A stretch of DNA of 64,000 nt from Mayamaea pseudoterrestris (Eukaryota). A program made the position numbers and the translations under genes. Below, piece after piece: positions 11,497 through 21,874 of the stretch. Every line of letters begins with the position of its first letter. Position 1 is the first letter of the stretch. The notes below the pieces were generated by a model. It was not told the origin of the DNA. It saw nothing but the letters and a program-made list of their open reading frames with translations, and ran no database searches. Location: contig BROI01000010.1 of the NCBI GenBank assembly GCA_027923505.1, forward strand, positions 186,001 through 250,000, in the 5' to 3' direction.

Positions 11497-11507
11497 TCAG
11501 TTGCCCC
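11474..11507 (-). promoter_or_regulatory. RNA hairpin containing the ORF1 UGA stop (candidate readthrough signal)
   Basis: GGGGCAACUGACGGC-GCGA-GCCGUCGGUUGCCUC forms a 15-bp stem with two G-U pairs and a GNRA loop. Confidence 0.7.
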
Positions 11508-13713
11508 GAGCTTGTCCTCTCTCAGCCAGCTTCTTGGCCTCGTTGGCTGTCTTGACAGCAAACTGACAGTCCTTCTCCAGCTTCTGCGTCGCTTCCGCAA
11601 ACTTGACGACGCTCACCCGGTTTTCAATGAGGTGAATCGTCATGACGCTTGACACCGACGGGTGGTTGCGGAAATCCTTCTCCAAGTAACCCTGGGCGAT
11701 CTGATGCGACTGCATCATACTCCACAAGTAACACGCCACATGGTTTGAGCGTTCATCTTCGTCGGCCTCATAGTTGACCAGCGCTGCCTCGGCCCGCACC
11801 TTGTGAAAGTCGGTCCACATTTGGTGAATCATTCCTGCCAACAATTCCCAGCTTTCCTTGTTCTCTCCCATCTCGCTCATGAAGTTGAGCTTGAACGTGA
11901 AGAACTGCGTAAGGCACGAGTCGGCTTTGGCGAGCATCTCTTGGGCGAGACGCTTTGCTCCTCCTGACATATCTGACGAGCGGATGTGTCCATTGAGGGC
12001 CTTGGTGGTCTGGCTGATGCGCTCAGTCAATCTGATACGCTTTGACATGATGCGCTGCGACGTCCCGTTCCAAGCTTCCCATGAGGTTAGACCAGGAAGG
12101 AGATGCTTGTGGCTTCCCAGCGCGCTCTGCTCTTTCTCCGTCCCGCCGTAGACGAGCGGAAGGGGCAGATTGAGTGACGCGATGATCGTGGCTTGGAAGC
12201 TGCTAGCGAAACCAGCTTTCTTGGCGTTGGCCACATTCCCAAGCACTGACGTTGGGTCGGCGTTGCTGGCGTAGGCCAGTTGCAACAGGGAGAAGGGGTC
12301 GATGAGAAGAGTCATGTGCTTGGCCGCAATCTTGAGGGCGTCGACCACTTCGAGCGTCTTGAGCAGGGACGCGTAAGTGATGTTGTCGAACACGACTTGG
12401 GTGCTTGATCCTGCTTCTTCACAATGCTCCACGCGAGCCTTCAATGACGCGAGTTCGTCAAGCGCGCTTCCTCCAGCGGCCGATCCAATGCCAGCGTCGA
12501 GCAGCTCTCTCACGTCGCCCATGATCTTGGAGGTTGCGGCGTTGACTGCAGCTGAGACTTGGGCTGAAATCGACATTCCGCTCGCCAAAGCTGCGGCTGG
12601 CGATGGCCCAACGCGCAGCTGCTCCTTAACGTACTCGCCACACATGTTGAGCGTTTCCATGACTCCTCCATCCTGCAGCAGAAGGATTACCTGCTCGCCA
12701 ATGGACTGCTTCGCCGCGTTGGACGCGAAGGGCTGCGTCTCAAACTTCGACTGCGCTTGCTTGAGCGAGTCGATTTCCTTTTGCATGGCCATCATGCGCT
12801 CTTCATCACGGATTCCTGTCGCGGATTGGCGACCAACCATAGTCCACAAGCTGGCTTCTACATCGTCACTGCGCGAACCGACTAAGCGCTCCAAGCGCGT
12901 GACCCTGACGTCGAATCCGTCGAGCTCATCGTCAATCGCAACCTTGTTGAGACGCACTTGCTTGGCTTGGTCTTGCGCCGCCTCCTGGAGTTGTCGAACT
13001 CCTTCGGCGAGGATAGGGACAGCTTGTTCGACTTTGCTCTTTAGCGTTGCGTCCGAAACCTTGCCCGTCGGAAAGGTCACACTGGCGACGTCAACCCAAT
13101 CGCTTGGCGAGTCGGAGTCTTCCATCTTCAATGGGCTTCGGCGAGCTGCACGTGGCGTGGCCATCGCAAACTGGGCAGAGGCGATCGCTGCGCTCATCAC
13201 TTGATCGCTTTGACTATGAGGATCCCGCAATGCGGTGAAGAACATCTGCCAGTCGACGACAGAGCGCTGGGTGGAGAGCATGGTGGCCCGGGCTTCTGGT
13301 CCGATGTCTTCGACACGGACCCACTGGGTGGTGAAGGCGGTGGGGGAGGAGCCTGTAGGAGAGGTGATGAAAAGGCAGGCGGTGTCACTGTCTTCAAAGC
13401 GAAACTTGTTCTTCTCATGGGCTTTCACGACGCAAGTGTCCGTCGCGCAACAGAAACGAGTATCACCCACACGGCCGCCGCACACGCCTTCCGCCAATCC
13501 ATCTTGGTTCAACCAAACTTCAATCAAACTGACTCCACTCGCCGAGGGAGACACAACCCCCCCGGATCCTTTTTGCTTACCTTGTCGCGCCGACTCCGAC
13601 AGGTCCTCGGCATCACGAGAAAACTGGGACTCGAGGATGCGCTGAGTCGAGCCCGCCGCAGGAGGGGCGGCCATGAGCGCCTTGAGCTTGTCAACGGCGC
13701 TGGGAGACGACAT
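11497..13713 (-). CDS. YR element ORF1 (gag-like, 738 aa)
   Basis: Intact ATG-started ORF just after repeat A1, with an N-terminal Cys/His cluster and coiled-coil-like segments. Confidence 0.85.
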   Translation of the reverse strand: MSSPSAVDKLKALMAAPPAAGSTQRILESQFSRDAEDLSESARQGKQKGSGGVVSPSASGVSLIEVWLNQDGLAEGVCGGRVGDTRFCCATDTCVVKAHEKNKFRFEDSDTACLFITSPTGSSPTAFTTQWVRVEDIGPEARATMLSTQRSVVDWQMFFTALRDPHSQSDQVMSAAIASAQFAMATPRAARRSPLKMEDSDSPSDWVDVASVTFPTGKVSDATLKSKVEQAVPILAEGVRQLQEAAQDQAKQVRLNKVAIDDELDGFDVRVTRLERLVGSRSDDVEASLWTMVGRQSATGIRDEERMMAMQKEIDSLKQAQSKFETQPFASNAAKQSIGEQVILLLQDGGVMETLNMCGEYVKEQLRVGPSPAAALASGMSISAQVSAAVNAATSKIMGDVRELLDAGIGSAAGGSALDELASLKARVEHCEEAGSSTQVVFDNITYASLLKTLEVVDALKIAAKHMTLLIDPFSLLQLAYASNADPTSVLGNVANAKKAGFASSFQATIIASLNLPLPLVYGGTEKEQSALGSHKHLLPGLTSWEAWNGTSQRIMSKRIRLTERISQTTKALNGHIRSSDMSGGAKRLAQEMLAKADSCLTQFFTFKLNFMSEMGENKESWELLAGMIHQMWTDFHKVRAEAALVNYEADEDERSNHVACYLWSMMQSHQIAQGYLEKDFRNHPSVSSVMTIHLIENRVSVVKFAEATQKLEKDCQFAVKTANEAKKLAERGQARGN

Positions 13714-13782
13714 GATGGAAAAGCGGAGCTGTAACGTACGGCGGGTACAATCACACGGACGACAGGAAGCCTGCTGGTAGTG

Positions 13783-14025
13783 TTAAACAAGTAAAGCCTT
13801 TATGCTGCTCCCAAGAGAGATCTCTTTTGGTTCCTGGGTCGACAACGTTCGAGCCTTCCTTGCAACAACTGATCGTTTCTCGTCTCCTTGCAAATTGGAT
13901 GGCCTCAATTGCCAATGCCATCAATTTGCTCCAGATTGCAAGTCCGTTGGTAATCGAGTGGTAGCCCTTTCAATCCGTCTGTCCAGTGTTCGTTCCATAC
14001 CAGCTTGGCTTGTGTGCTTGTCGTG
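13783..14025. repeat. Split direct repeat A1 (element 5' end)
   Basis: Identical to 288-530. Confidence 0.97.
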
Positions 14026-14185
14026 TGTGGAGTAAAATAATGAGTCGGCGCGCACGTGCTCGACGTTCACTTAAGAACCATTGCTATCGGATCGCTACCT
14101 GGGACGATAGCAAATGGCAGCTCTATGCTGCCTAGAGGCTAAAATCAATATCCAATTTCTAATATTTATATGAGTGATTATAAAG

Positions 14186-15898
14186 TCATATTGCCGTGGT
14201 GGCCCCAACAAAGTACCGCTGCGCCGTTGTATGTATCAGACTCGTCGACCAAAAGGGACTTTCAGTTTCGGTTGCATCCTCTTCAGTGATGCTTGTTTCA
14301 TTTGTTGTTGTTTTGATTTCATGTTCGTTGACGCTCGTCCCAATAGCTACTTTGCGCCATTGCTCGCTCATCGCTCGCTGCTCCGCCCGCAGCGCGAGCG
14401 CATTCCCCAGCGACCATTCCGCCTCTTTGCCGTCCACCAAGTAGGTAAAGGTAATTTCGCGACTCGATGAGTCAAACCCAAAGCCATCCTTCAATAGCGT
14501 CACCAAATAAACACTCTCCAGGCACCGGTGCGGCAGTATATCGGCGCGCGTGTATTGATGCGCGTCATGCTGCACCAGTTCCAAGTCGTTGGTCCAAGAC
14601 CGACTGCACAATCCGTCCAATGCGTCGGCAAGCTCCTGCATGGACGGGTTTGGCCACGACTCGTTCAATATAGCATGCGCCTGCAAATTGTTGGTGGCCA
14701 ATTCGCGCAAACAGTCTAATGCGAAAAAGTATAGCGACATGGCCAAGAACTTGTTGCCGCGTACCGGCGGATGCGGAATGCCACCAACATGCGTGCCAAG
14801 CAAGTCGAACCGATCCGTTTCGTCGGCGTGGGAAACGAGTCGACGAACCTGCTTGACGCACGCGTTTGCGTTTCCAGTTCCAACGAGCGTGTAGTTTCGA
14901 TGCACTTGGCGATGATTCACAAAGGCGCATGGATTGTCGATTGTAAAGGTAGATGATTGCGACACTGCTGCTACTATTTCACGTTCATGCTCATGAATCC
15001 ACGTGTCAAAGAGCCGCTCCCGAAACTGGTCCACGCCGTAGCCAAGGTACGAGGTGGCAAAAAAGTCGTTGGCGTGAAACTGCGCAGCCGGCGGTTCGTC
15101 GTCATCACCAACAGCACTGTCATCTTGTTGCATCGGCAGAAAGACAATCTGCGTCGAGCTCCCACCCATGTCGAGCGCCCCAATCGGTCGTTGGCTGCTG
15201 TAAACATGATGGGCGTCTCGTTGATGTTGCTTGGTTTGTCGAACAAACTCTAAATGCACATTCATGCTGCCCTCCAAATAATTGGCCGCCAACAATCCGT
15301 AGTAGCCTTCAAGTTTACCGGATAGTGTTGAAATGGTGAAGCGCCTAAAGGGATTCTGTTGCGATGCGTCGAGTCCTTGCACCATACGTTCGTAGACCAT
15401 TTGCTGCTCGCGAACAGAATACAGTCGCATGCCGGCCGTGGCTTGGTACAAGACTGGTGTGGATGCGTGAAACTGAGGTGAAATAATGCTTGCCGCATAT
15501 TGGAGACAAGGCAGTATGTGATTTGCCAGTGCCGCCGATGCGTTTGAAACTGTTGCATCATCATGATCATTGTTTTCATTTTCGTGAGCCGCAAAGTCCG
15601 ACAGTGCCTCCGTGGTGCGCATGGTGCCGCGACACGCGACGGTTTCCATGTCGTCATCGTTACTGACAAACTCGAAAATATGCAAACGACTTCCCGTCGA
15701 GCCGCCGTCAATGACAATGATAAAAGGAGAATGCTGATGATTGTCGTTGGAGGGAGATTTCGTGACAGTTGTTGCATTGTGACTCACGGACTGCACCGAT
15801 GCAGTTGCATGCAACGCTTTGACATTGCGCAGTAGAAAGAGTAGACACTGCAGCATCTGCAGCAGCAGTAGGCATCGACTTGTAGTGGTAGTCATCAT
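14186..15898 (-). CDS. GDA1/CD39 family apyrase (NTPDase) with signal peptide
   Basis: Apyrase conserved regions DGGSTGSR, ATAGMR, EGYYG, DMGGSSTQ and WSLG; hydrophobic N-terminus. Confidence 0.93.
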   Translation of the reverse strand: MMTTTTSRCLLLLQMLQCLLFLLRNVKALHATASVQSVSHNATTVTKSPSNDNHQHSPFIIVIDGGSTGSRLHIFEFVSNDDDMETVACRGTMRTTEALSDFAAHENENNDHDDATVSNASAALANHILPCLQYAASIISPQFHASTPVLYQATAGMRLYSVREQQMVYERMVQGLDASQQNPFRRFTISTLSGKLEGYYGLLAANYLEGSMNVHLEFVRQTKQHQRDAHHVYSSQRPIGALDMGGSSTQIVFLPMQQDDSAVGDDDEPPAAQFHANDFFATSYLGYGVDQFRERLFDTWIHEHEREIVAAVSQSSTFTIDNPCAFVNHRQVHRNYTLVGTGNANACVKQVRRLVSHADETDRFDLLGTHVGGIPHPPVRGNKFLAMSLYFFALDCLRELATNNLQAHAILNESWPNPSMQELADALDGLCSRSWTNDLELVQHDAHQYTRADILPHRCLESVYLVTLLKDGFGFDSSSREITFTYLVDGKEAEWSLGNALALRAEQRAMSEQWRKVAIGTSVNEHEIKTTTNETSITEEDATETESPFWSTSLIHTTAQRYFVGATTAI

Positions 15899-16473
15899 GT
15901 CGGCCAGCAATGACTACTGTATTGATTGACTGAAACGAATCTCTTGTTCAGCAGCGAGGACGAATCTGTGACAAAGCTTGGGAGTCGAATGGAACGAGCT
16001 GGTAGATGAAGCTCTCTCCTTCGTCCTTGATGACAAATAGTCACAACTCTCTATCTCTCTCGAGACTTCCTTTCTCTTGGGGAATCGCAAAACTTGATGG
16101 CTGCAAGTGATGCTCGAGAGACGTGAACTATCAGTCGAATGCGTTCCAAGTGTGATGTTGTGGACCAGCGCATCGGCCATTAAAATTTTGCAACGGCCTC
16201 CTTGGAATTCTGAGTGACGTGGCATTGTGACGTCACACAATTCGTCCGGCGTTCCGTCACATTTTCATTCACACATGGAACAAACGTGGAACGTGCGGCC
16301 TTCCGCTCTTCCCGCTTACAGTACCTCGAGTCACAGCATCTTCATCTTCGAGTCACAGGCGTGGGTCGACTCCACAATGACCGCGTGACGCGCCCGTGCC
16401 AAGCATTCCGCGAGAAGAATCAAATCGTGCTTTTGAACTTGTGATAAAAAATGGCAGCCGATTTACGATACTA

Positions 16474-17323
16474 TCCCTAACTATTAACCGTGTCCACTCT
16501 GTGCAAATTTTCGCGCCAGCCTCGCTCCCAAAAACGCAGCAGTTTCTTGCCCATCACCATGACGGCGGAGCAAACACTATCATTACAGTGTAAATATAAT
16601 ACTCTAGCCTCATTTTTAACATGTACATTGACTAATTAAAACCTTGCGGATGTGATGATGTGATCAAAATGGTCCCGCTGCAGCGTCGTCATTGAGTTTG
16701 CTTTGTGCATGCCGTACGCGGAACGAGCAGTGATGGAGCTTATTCCTGTAAAGCCTACTCTGTAACGCTTGCTCCTTAAATGCATTCTCATAGCTACAGC
16801 TGGTTTTCTGACATTCTTGTTAATGCAGCAAAGTGTCGCAGCAGTTTGAAGCCATTGACTGCTGCTGCTGATGCCGAGCTTCTGGTGCAAGGTTGGAACG
16901 AGTTGAACGCTGACATGCTTACTCCCTTCTTGGCTGGTCCTGGCAAGTCACAGAGCTTTCCTATGCGCAAATCGGCTATTGGATGGGACTTGGGTGTAGC
17001 GGCGCTAAAAGATGCAAGGATATGCATTTTTCAGTACTGGTTGACTCTTCGACGAGTCGTCGTCATCGACGTCAAAAACACTGTCAGCTGCATGTGGTTT
17101 TCGTAATGAGCTCCGACCATTCTCATGCTGGATTTGCTCCATATAAGTCTCTACAGTATTGCTCATGGCTATCATGCAATAGACTGATATAAGAATGGGT
17201 GTAGATGGCTATTAGCAGTAGTATTGATCCTCCACCATGGTGGACGCGAAGGACGGCTTTTTTTTTGAAGAGCGAGGCTGGCGCGAAAATTTGCACGGAG
17301 TGGACACGGTTAATAGTTAGGGA
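16474..17323. mobile_element. Non-autonomous TIR element (MITE-like, TA-flanked, Tc1/mariner-type)
   Basis: 54-bp TIRs (16474-16527, 17270-17323; 1 mismatch) with an imperfect ~50-bp extension, and TA on both sides. Confidence 0.88.
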
Positions 17324-17470
17324 TAATAGTAGTTCAATAGCATACCGGTAAGCCAAGGGAGCGAGTAATCTATAGTTTAACAAGTTTAGTTGTATCTAAT
17401 GTAAATGTATCTCTGGAGCCTTGATAACGCCTCGAACAAAGTAGGGAGTATAATGCCGCTCGACTGCAGC

Positions 17471-18283
17471 CTACGCCGACGCTGCCACGGTGGGATCCAG
17501 CAGCAGCATCAACAAGTTGGTTCCTTGCTGCCAAGCGTCAAGCTCCATGCAAATGTCGTCGCGTAGTCGCGTAAAGTAGTCAACGTTGCAGTCAATCGTG
17601 AACTTGGTATTGGTTGCGCTGCCGGTATGCTGCTCGTCCGCATAGTCAACAACCACCAGCAAACTTTTAATGGCAACCAATGCCATGATCAAGTGACAAG
17701 CCACGACTCCTTCATCATGATGATTGTTTTCACTACATTGTGAGTCAAACGCCGATGATACTTGGGCCGACAGGTGGAAAAACTTGTAGGCGTTGCGCAA
17801 CAGTGTATTGCACGACGAATTACCATGCAACAGTTGAGCCAGCAGAAAACTCGTCACGCCGCAGTTGTAAATGATAATGGAGGATTCAACGTTTGGATTG
17901 CGAGTCGTCATTGTCGAGCTATTGCTGCAGTCCATGCTGATCAAGTCAATTTTGATGGCAAACGTTTCGTCGCTGCTCATCATGGACTGCATCGTGGAAG
18001 CACTGGGCGGCATGGACGGATCGCACGACAAACTCTTGGTGCGACGCAACAGCTTGACGGGCTGCGGATGGGCCCGTCGCTGGCATGCTTGCTGCAGCAG
18101 GTGACGAACTGACGGTTTACTTGTTGCTGTACGCGATTGACACACTTGCTGCAGCACGACGGTTGCGTCTTGGAAAGTCTTGTGCGCCTGGTGCAGACAA
18201 CCTTGCGCGAGCATGGAGACGCCGGCATTATTGAGTGACACGGCGGCGCAGTAGGCGTGGTGGCGAGAGTCCGTGAGCATCAT
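17471..18283 (-). CDS. Hypothetical TPR-like helical protein (diatom-expanded family)
   Basis: Motifs SLNNAGVSML..G...A..TF.DA and SIIIYNCG, and an Ala-rich C-terminal end. Confidence 0.7.
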   Translation of the reverse strand: MMLTDSRHHAYCAAVSLNNAGVSMLAQGCLHQAHKTFQDATVVLQQVCQSRTATSKPSVRHLLQQACQRRAHPQPVKLLRRTKSLSCDPSMPPSASTMQSMMSSDETFAIKIDLISMDCSNSSTMTTRNPNVESSIIIYNCGVTSFLLAQLLHGNSSCNTLLRNAYKFFHLSAQVSSAFDSQCSENNHHDEGVVACHLIMALVAIKSLLVVVDYADEQHTGSATNTKFTIDCNVDYFTRLRDDICMELDAWQQGTNLLMLLLDPTVAASA

Positions 18284-19143
18284 TATATTGTCGCGGTATA
18301 ATATTGTTGCGATGGTAACCGTCTCGGAAATTGTGAATCGTTTGCTGCAGCGGCAAGACTTGTTCGAACCATTCCGTGGGGACTCGAACATGTGGCGAGA
18401 ACAATCGATTTGGCGCGGTTCGCTTCCCGCTTCGTTGCGTTCTGCAGAGTCGTACAATTAAGCCGTGATGAAAGACGCGTCTTGAAACCCTATTCCATTC
18501 TGGTTTGGCATTCGCATTCAATTGCATAGTCGAATGGCATGACGAGTATTCATGAAACGACAGACTTGTTTGGCATGACGCGCCGCGAAATCTGGGCCTG
18601 GTCGGCAATCATGGTTCAACTTGTACGACCAGGCGTATGTAACAAACGACTCGGTCTGAATACGAAAGGGTCGGAGAGTCGGTCGGTTGAGCAAGTAGTG
18701 GAGGATTGGAACGCAGCTGTTCGGATTCGAATTTCGCAAGGCGGTGGGAGCAAGGTCTAGCTATTATATGAATGCAACGAGGACAAGCACTGCCTTGCTC
18801 ATTCACCCTTGCCTGCAAAATGCGTCTGCGGAGTATATGTGTACTGAATGTTTACTCTCTCATGCCAGCGGAGGTTCTGGTCGTGCGTGTATGGGAGATG
18901 CGACCAACAGCATTCGCGTCGACCCTGGCCCTTTTGGAGCATGCTACGGTAAACCGTTGCCAGCGATGGTACAAAGCCATAATAGTTTACTACAAGCAGC
19001 TACCTCACTCGGTGAGCATGTTCTCTTTTTTATTTGTTGTTATTAAGCTGCCCTACACTATGCCTTTTCCCATAACCAATCACCTTTGTCAACTGCCCCA
19101 TCGCCACCACCACATCATGTTTGTCCGCACACACCATAATCTT

Positions 19144-20448
19144 CTAAAACGCCGCATCGACAGTCGTTTGCATATACTCCTTCATCGACACCACCTTTTC
19201 CGCCCAGTCTCCAAACCGACGCGCCAACTGCTTGGTCTGCTCCTGGTCCAAGACTCTTGGTAAAACCCACGTCACTTGCAACGTTTGACTCACTTGATCC
19301 AAGCTGCCTTCAATCAAGTGCACCGACAGTGCCCGCATGCACACCCATTCAACTTGATCCAACTCAACGTGTAAACGAGCGGCAATTTCGTCAAACGATA
19401 AAATGCGCTCGTTGCTTGGTTTATCGAAAATGTAGTGCACCAGCGCCATGAGCGTCAGCTTTTCGTAAACAACCGAGGCGCCATGGACCAGTGCTGGGTG
19501 CTGTTGAATGTCGTTTGCGTGCGTTTGACTGAGCGCGTTGAAATGTACGACATTGCCGTCGGCGCAGGTTTGCAGCAGTTGCACCAGCCACGTGTAGCTC
19601 TCATTCTCGACCAATGCCTGCACAATGCTCGTTTGCAGAATGCGCTGCAGGTCGTAGACGCCTTCTCCCACCAGCGCCGCAACGATCAAGTCAACGGCCA
19701 GTGCAACATTCTTGGTCTTGTTCTTGTCACTGGTACTTGTTTTCGAAACATTACTGCTACCATCATTACTATCACTATAATATTGCAGGTAGCTCAAGCA
19801 CTCCGCGACAAATCGCTCCGGCGGTCCCACCAGTTTGTAATAGTTCATGCTCGCCTCGTAGTGCGCCACATGCACCAGTGACGACGACGACGAAAACATC
19901 ATCTCCAATTGCTTGGCGTTCTGCTGCAGCGTCATCTTCATGCTGGCCAACGTAGCTGCGGTATTATCGTTGCTAGTGCTTGTAGTATTTTGACTCACTT
20001 GCTGCGTCTCTTGCTGCTGCAACGTGGTCGACACGAGCTTGCTCTGCAAATACAGTTTCGCCGCCGAGTAGTTTTGGTTCTCGTCGTCATGATTGTCTTC
20101 GCCGAGCACCGTCTCCAAGCAATTCTCCAAGACGGAGCGACTGTCTGATACGCTGGGCAATTTGGACGCCACAGTGGCCACAATAATCGCGTACGAAACC
20201 ACGTTGAGCTGCGGCTGCAGCTTGGACAAGACGTTTTCGAGTAGTTTCAGCATGATTTCGGGGTCTAAGGCAGTTTCATTACTGTCACGCAACTTGTCCA
20301 GGACGGCTACGGTCAATTGGTGCCAGTGCTTTTGTTCAACATAGTTGCTCAATGATTGAAAGAATGGGGCGTGCTTCGAATGCTCGCTTGAGAGAAACTG
20401 CAAGGCTTCCATGGCGCTCGTTGCGGGATCGGATGGAGACGACGACAT
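19144..20448 (-). CDS. RPN9: 26S proteasome lid subunit RPN9/PSMD13
   Basis: Motifs KHWHQLT, AALVGEGVY and the PCI domain EWVCMRALSVHLIEGSLDQV...WVLPRVL. Confidence 0.93.
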   Translation of the reverse strand: MSSSPSDPATSAMEALQFLSSEHSKHAPFFQSLSNYVEQKHWHQLTVAVLDKLRDSNETALDPEIMLKLLENVLSKLQPQLNVVSYAIIVATVASKLPSVSDSRSVLENCLETVLGEDNHDDENQNYSAAKLYLQSKLVSTTLQQQETQQVSQNTTSTSNDNTAATLASMKMTLQQNAKQLEMMFSSSSSLVHVAHYEASMNYYKLVGPPERFVAECLSYLQYYSDSNDGSSNVSKTSTSDKNKTKNVALAVDLIVAALVGEGVYDLQRILQTSIVQALVENESYTWLVQLLQTCADGNVVHFNALSQTHANDIQQHPALVHGASVVYEKLTLMALVHYIFDKPSNERILSFDEIAARLHVELDQVEWVCMRALSVHLIEGSLDQVSQTLQVTWVLPRVLDQEQTKQLARRFGDWAEKVVSMKEYMQTTVDAAF

Positions 20449-20726
20449 GCTTGTATTAGTAGTTTGATAGATCAGTAGTAGTAATAGTGGAGCAATTGGT
20501 TTGATGCAGACAACGAAGATCTTTAATGCTTTTTGCTGGCATGGATGCGGACCGAAGGTCGCGGATGGAATGTCGCACTGAGTCGTGGTGTGACATAAAA
20601 TGAACGTCATTCTTCAAAGCACGCGCGCCGAATGATGAAAGAAGTGGACGACGACGAGACGAGACGATCCATCCATCGCGTTCATTCAAATTCGCAACCA
20701 CAACCATCACACTACTATCATATACT

Positions 20727-21113
20727 ATGAACGAACTCGTCATGGCGCTCCGCGAAGGCACTAGCAGTAGCAGTAGTAGTAGTAGCGACAAGCTCCAAAT
20801 TGAACACTTATTGCTACTCGGCTCGACCAAGGCCGTCGACAAGGCCGTCAAGCGACTGGTGGATGGCGTCTTGGAGCTGGGGCGCGTCGTGGTGGAGAGT
20901 GTGCAGATTGTAGCGATTGGAGCGGCAGTCTGCCTCGTGCTCACGGGAACGTCTCAAGTCATTGCAGCGTATAAACAATCGTCTCAAGATGCTAATGCTA
21001 CAATGAAGAAGCAAAAGAAGGAGCGCAAGTCCAAGTCAGACGGTGCGTCCGTCGAAACAGACACGAATGGAGAAACGATCAAGGACGAGGGTGAAGATGT
21101 TACTGCGACGTAA
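20727..21113 (+). CDS. Small hypothetical membrane protein (128 aa)
   Basis: ATG ORF divergent from RPN9, with one TM-like segment and a charged tail. Confidence 0.6.
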   Translation: MNELVMALREGTSSSSSSSSDKLQIEHLLLLGSTKAVDKAVKRLVDGVLELGRVVVESVQIVAIGAAVCLVLTGTSQVIAAYKQSSQDANATMKKQKKERKSKSDGASVETDTNGETIKDEGEDVTAT

Positions 21114-21665
21114 AAAAACGTGGATGCGGTCCGTTTGTCCGCTTGTCCATTGCGTCATGAGGAATGATATATTGCAAGCGTTGTCGTTTGTCATTCCTCT
21201 CTTTGTCTGGAGTATTGTCTTGACACTGCGACTCGAAGCAACAGACTCAGAAATAGTATAGGAGATCAACCAAGAATATGCAAATAGCTGAACGGTGCCT
21301 GAGTCCTTGTTGGATGTCTAATGCTCTATTACGGCGCATTTGACGGCAAGCTGGAGTAGTGATATAACCAAAATCCAAGACGAGTGCGGGGTTCATATAA
21401 CCAACCGATTGATCTGCGCCGTCTGCGCCTATTGGGAAATCGAACAATCATTTGATTGCGCTTTTATCTGTAAACATCCTGCAATGTTATATTTGTATTG
21501 TTATCTATTCTTTGTGGTAGGATATATCCGGACATGCTTCACGACATTAATGGGTGTAACTTGGTGCGACATGCCGTACTTCATGGCGTTCGTGCCGTCT
21601 ACTCCAATGACCCATAAATGACCGGTGGTTCTGCGACATCATCTACCCGGGCCTGTCAATTTAGC

Positions 21666-21720
21666 ATACTGCATCTGCTATACTGCATCTGCTATACTGC
21701 ATCTGCTATACTGCATCTGC
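21666..21720. repeat. Tandem repeat, ~4 x atactgcatctgct
   Basis: Read directly from the sequence. Confidence 0.92.
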
Positions 21721-21874
21721 AATTTGGCAATGTTTGTGCGCGCGTAGCGCGCAAAAGTCGTTGCAGACATTGTAAAACCATTGATCCTACCACCTCCCCG
21801 CCCCGCGAATGTGTTTTTGGAACTGCATGTGTACCTCTCAATAGAAGAATTCTAAATGGCGTTCGGCCATTTTT

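Larger units (their letters stand above)
1..14025 (-). mobile_element. Tyrosine-recombinase retrotransposon (Ngaro/PAT-like, split direct repeats); 3' end runs off the left window edge
   Basis: Minus-strand order is A1 (14025-13783), gag-like ORF, RT (FVDD), RNase H, YR, B1 (1019-749), A2 (530-288), B2 (269-1). This is the A1...B1-A2-B2 layout known for Ngaro/PAT elements. Confidence 0.9.

Noticed and set aside
11497..11499. A-to-I editing or selenocysteine as the decoding route for the hairpin UGA
   Set aside because: ADAR-type mRNA editing is not established in diatoms and no SECIS was identified; plain readthrough is simpler.
12377..13204. Long antisense ORFs (also 35996..36979 and 37456..38142)
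   Set aside because: Shadows of well-supported opposite-strand genes in GC-rich codons.
14078..14135. Hairpin plus CTAG as a Helitron 3' end
   Set aside because: Spacing is atypical, and no 5' end or Rep/helicase sequence was found.
21666..21720. Short repeats as a CRISPR-like array
   Set aside because: Head-to-tail with no spacers, no cas genes, and a eukaryotic context.
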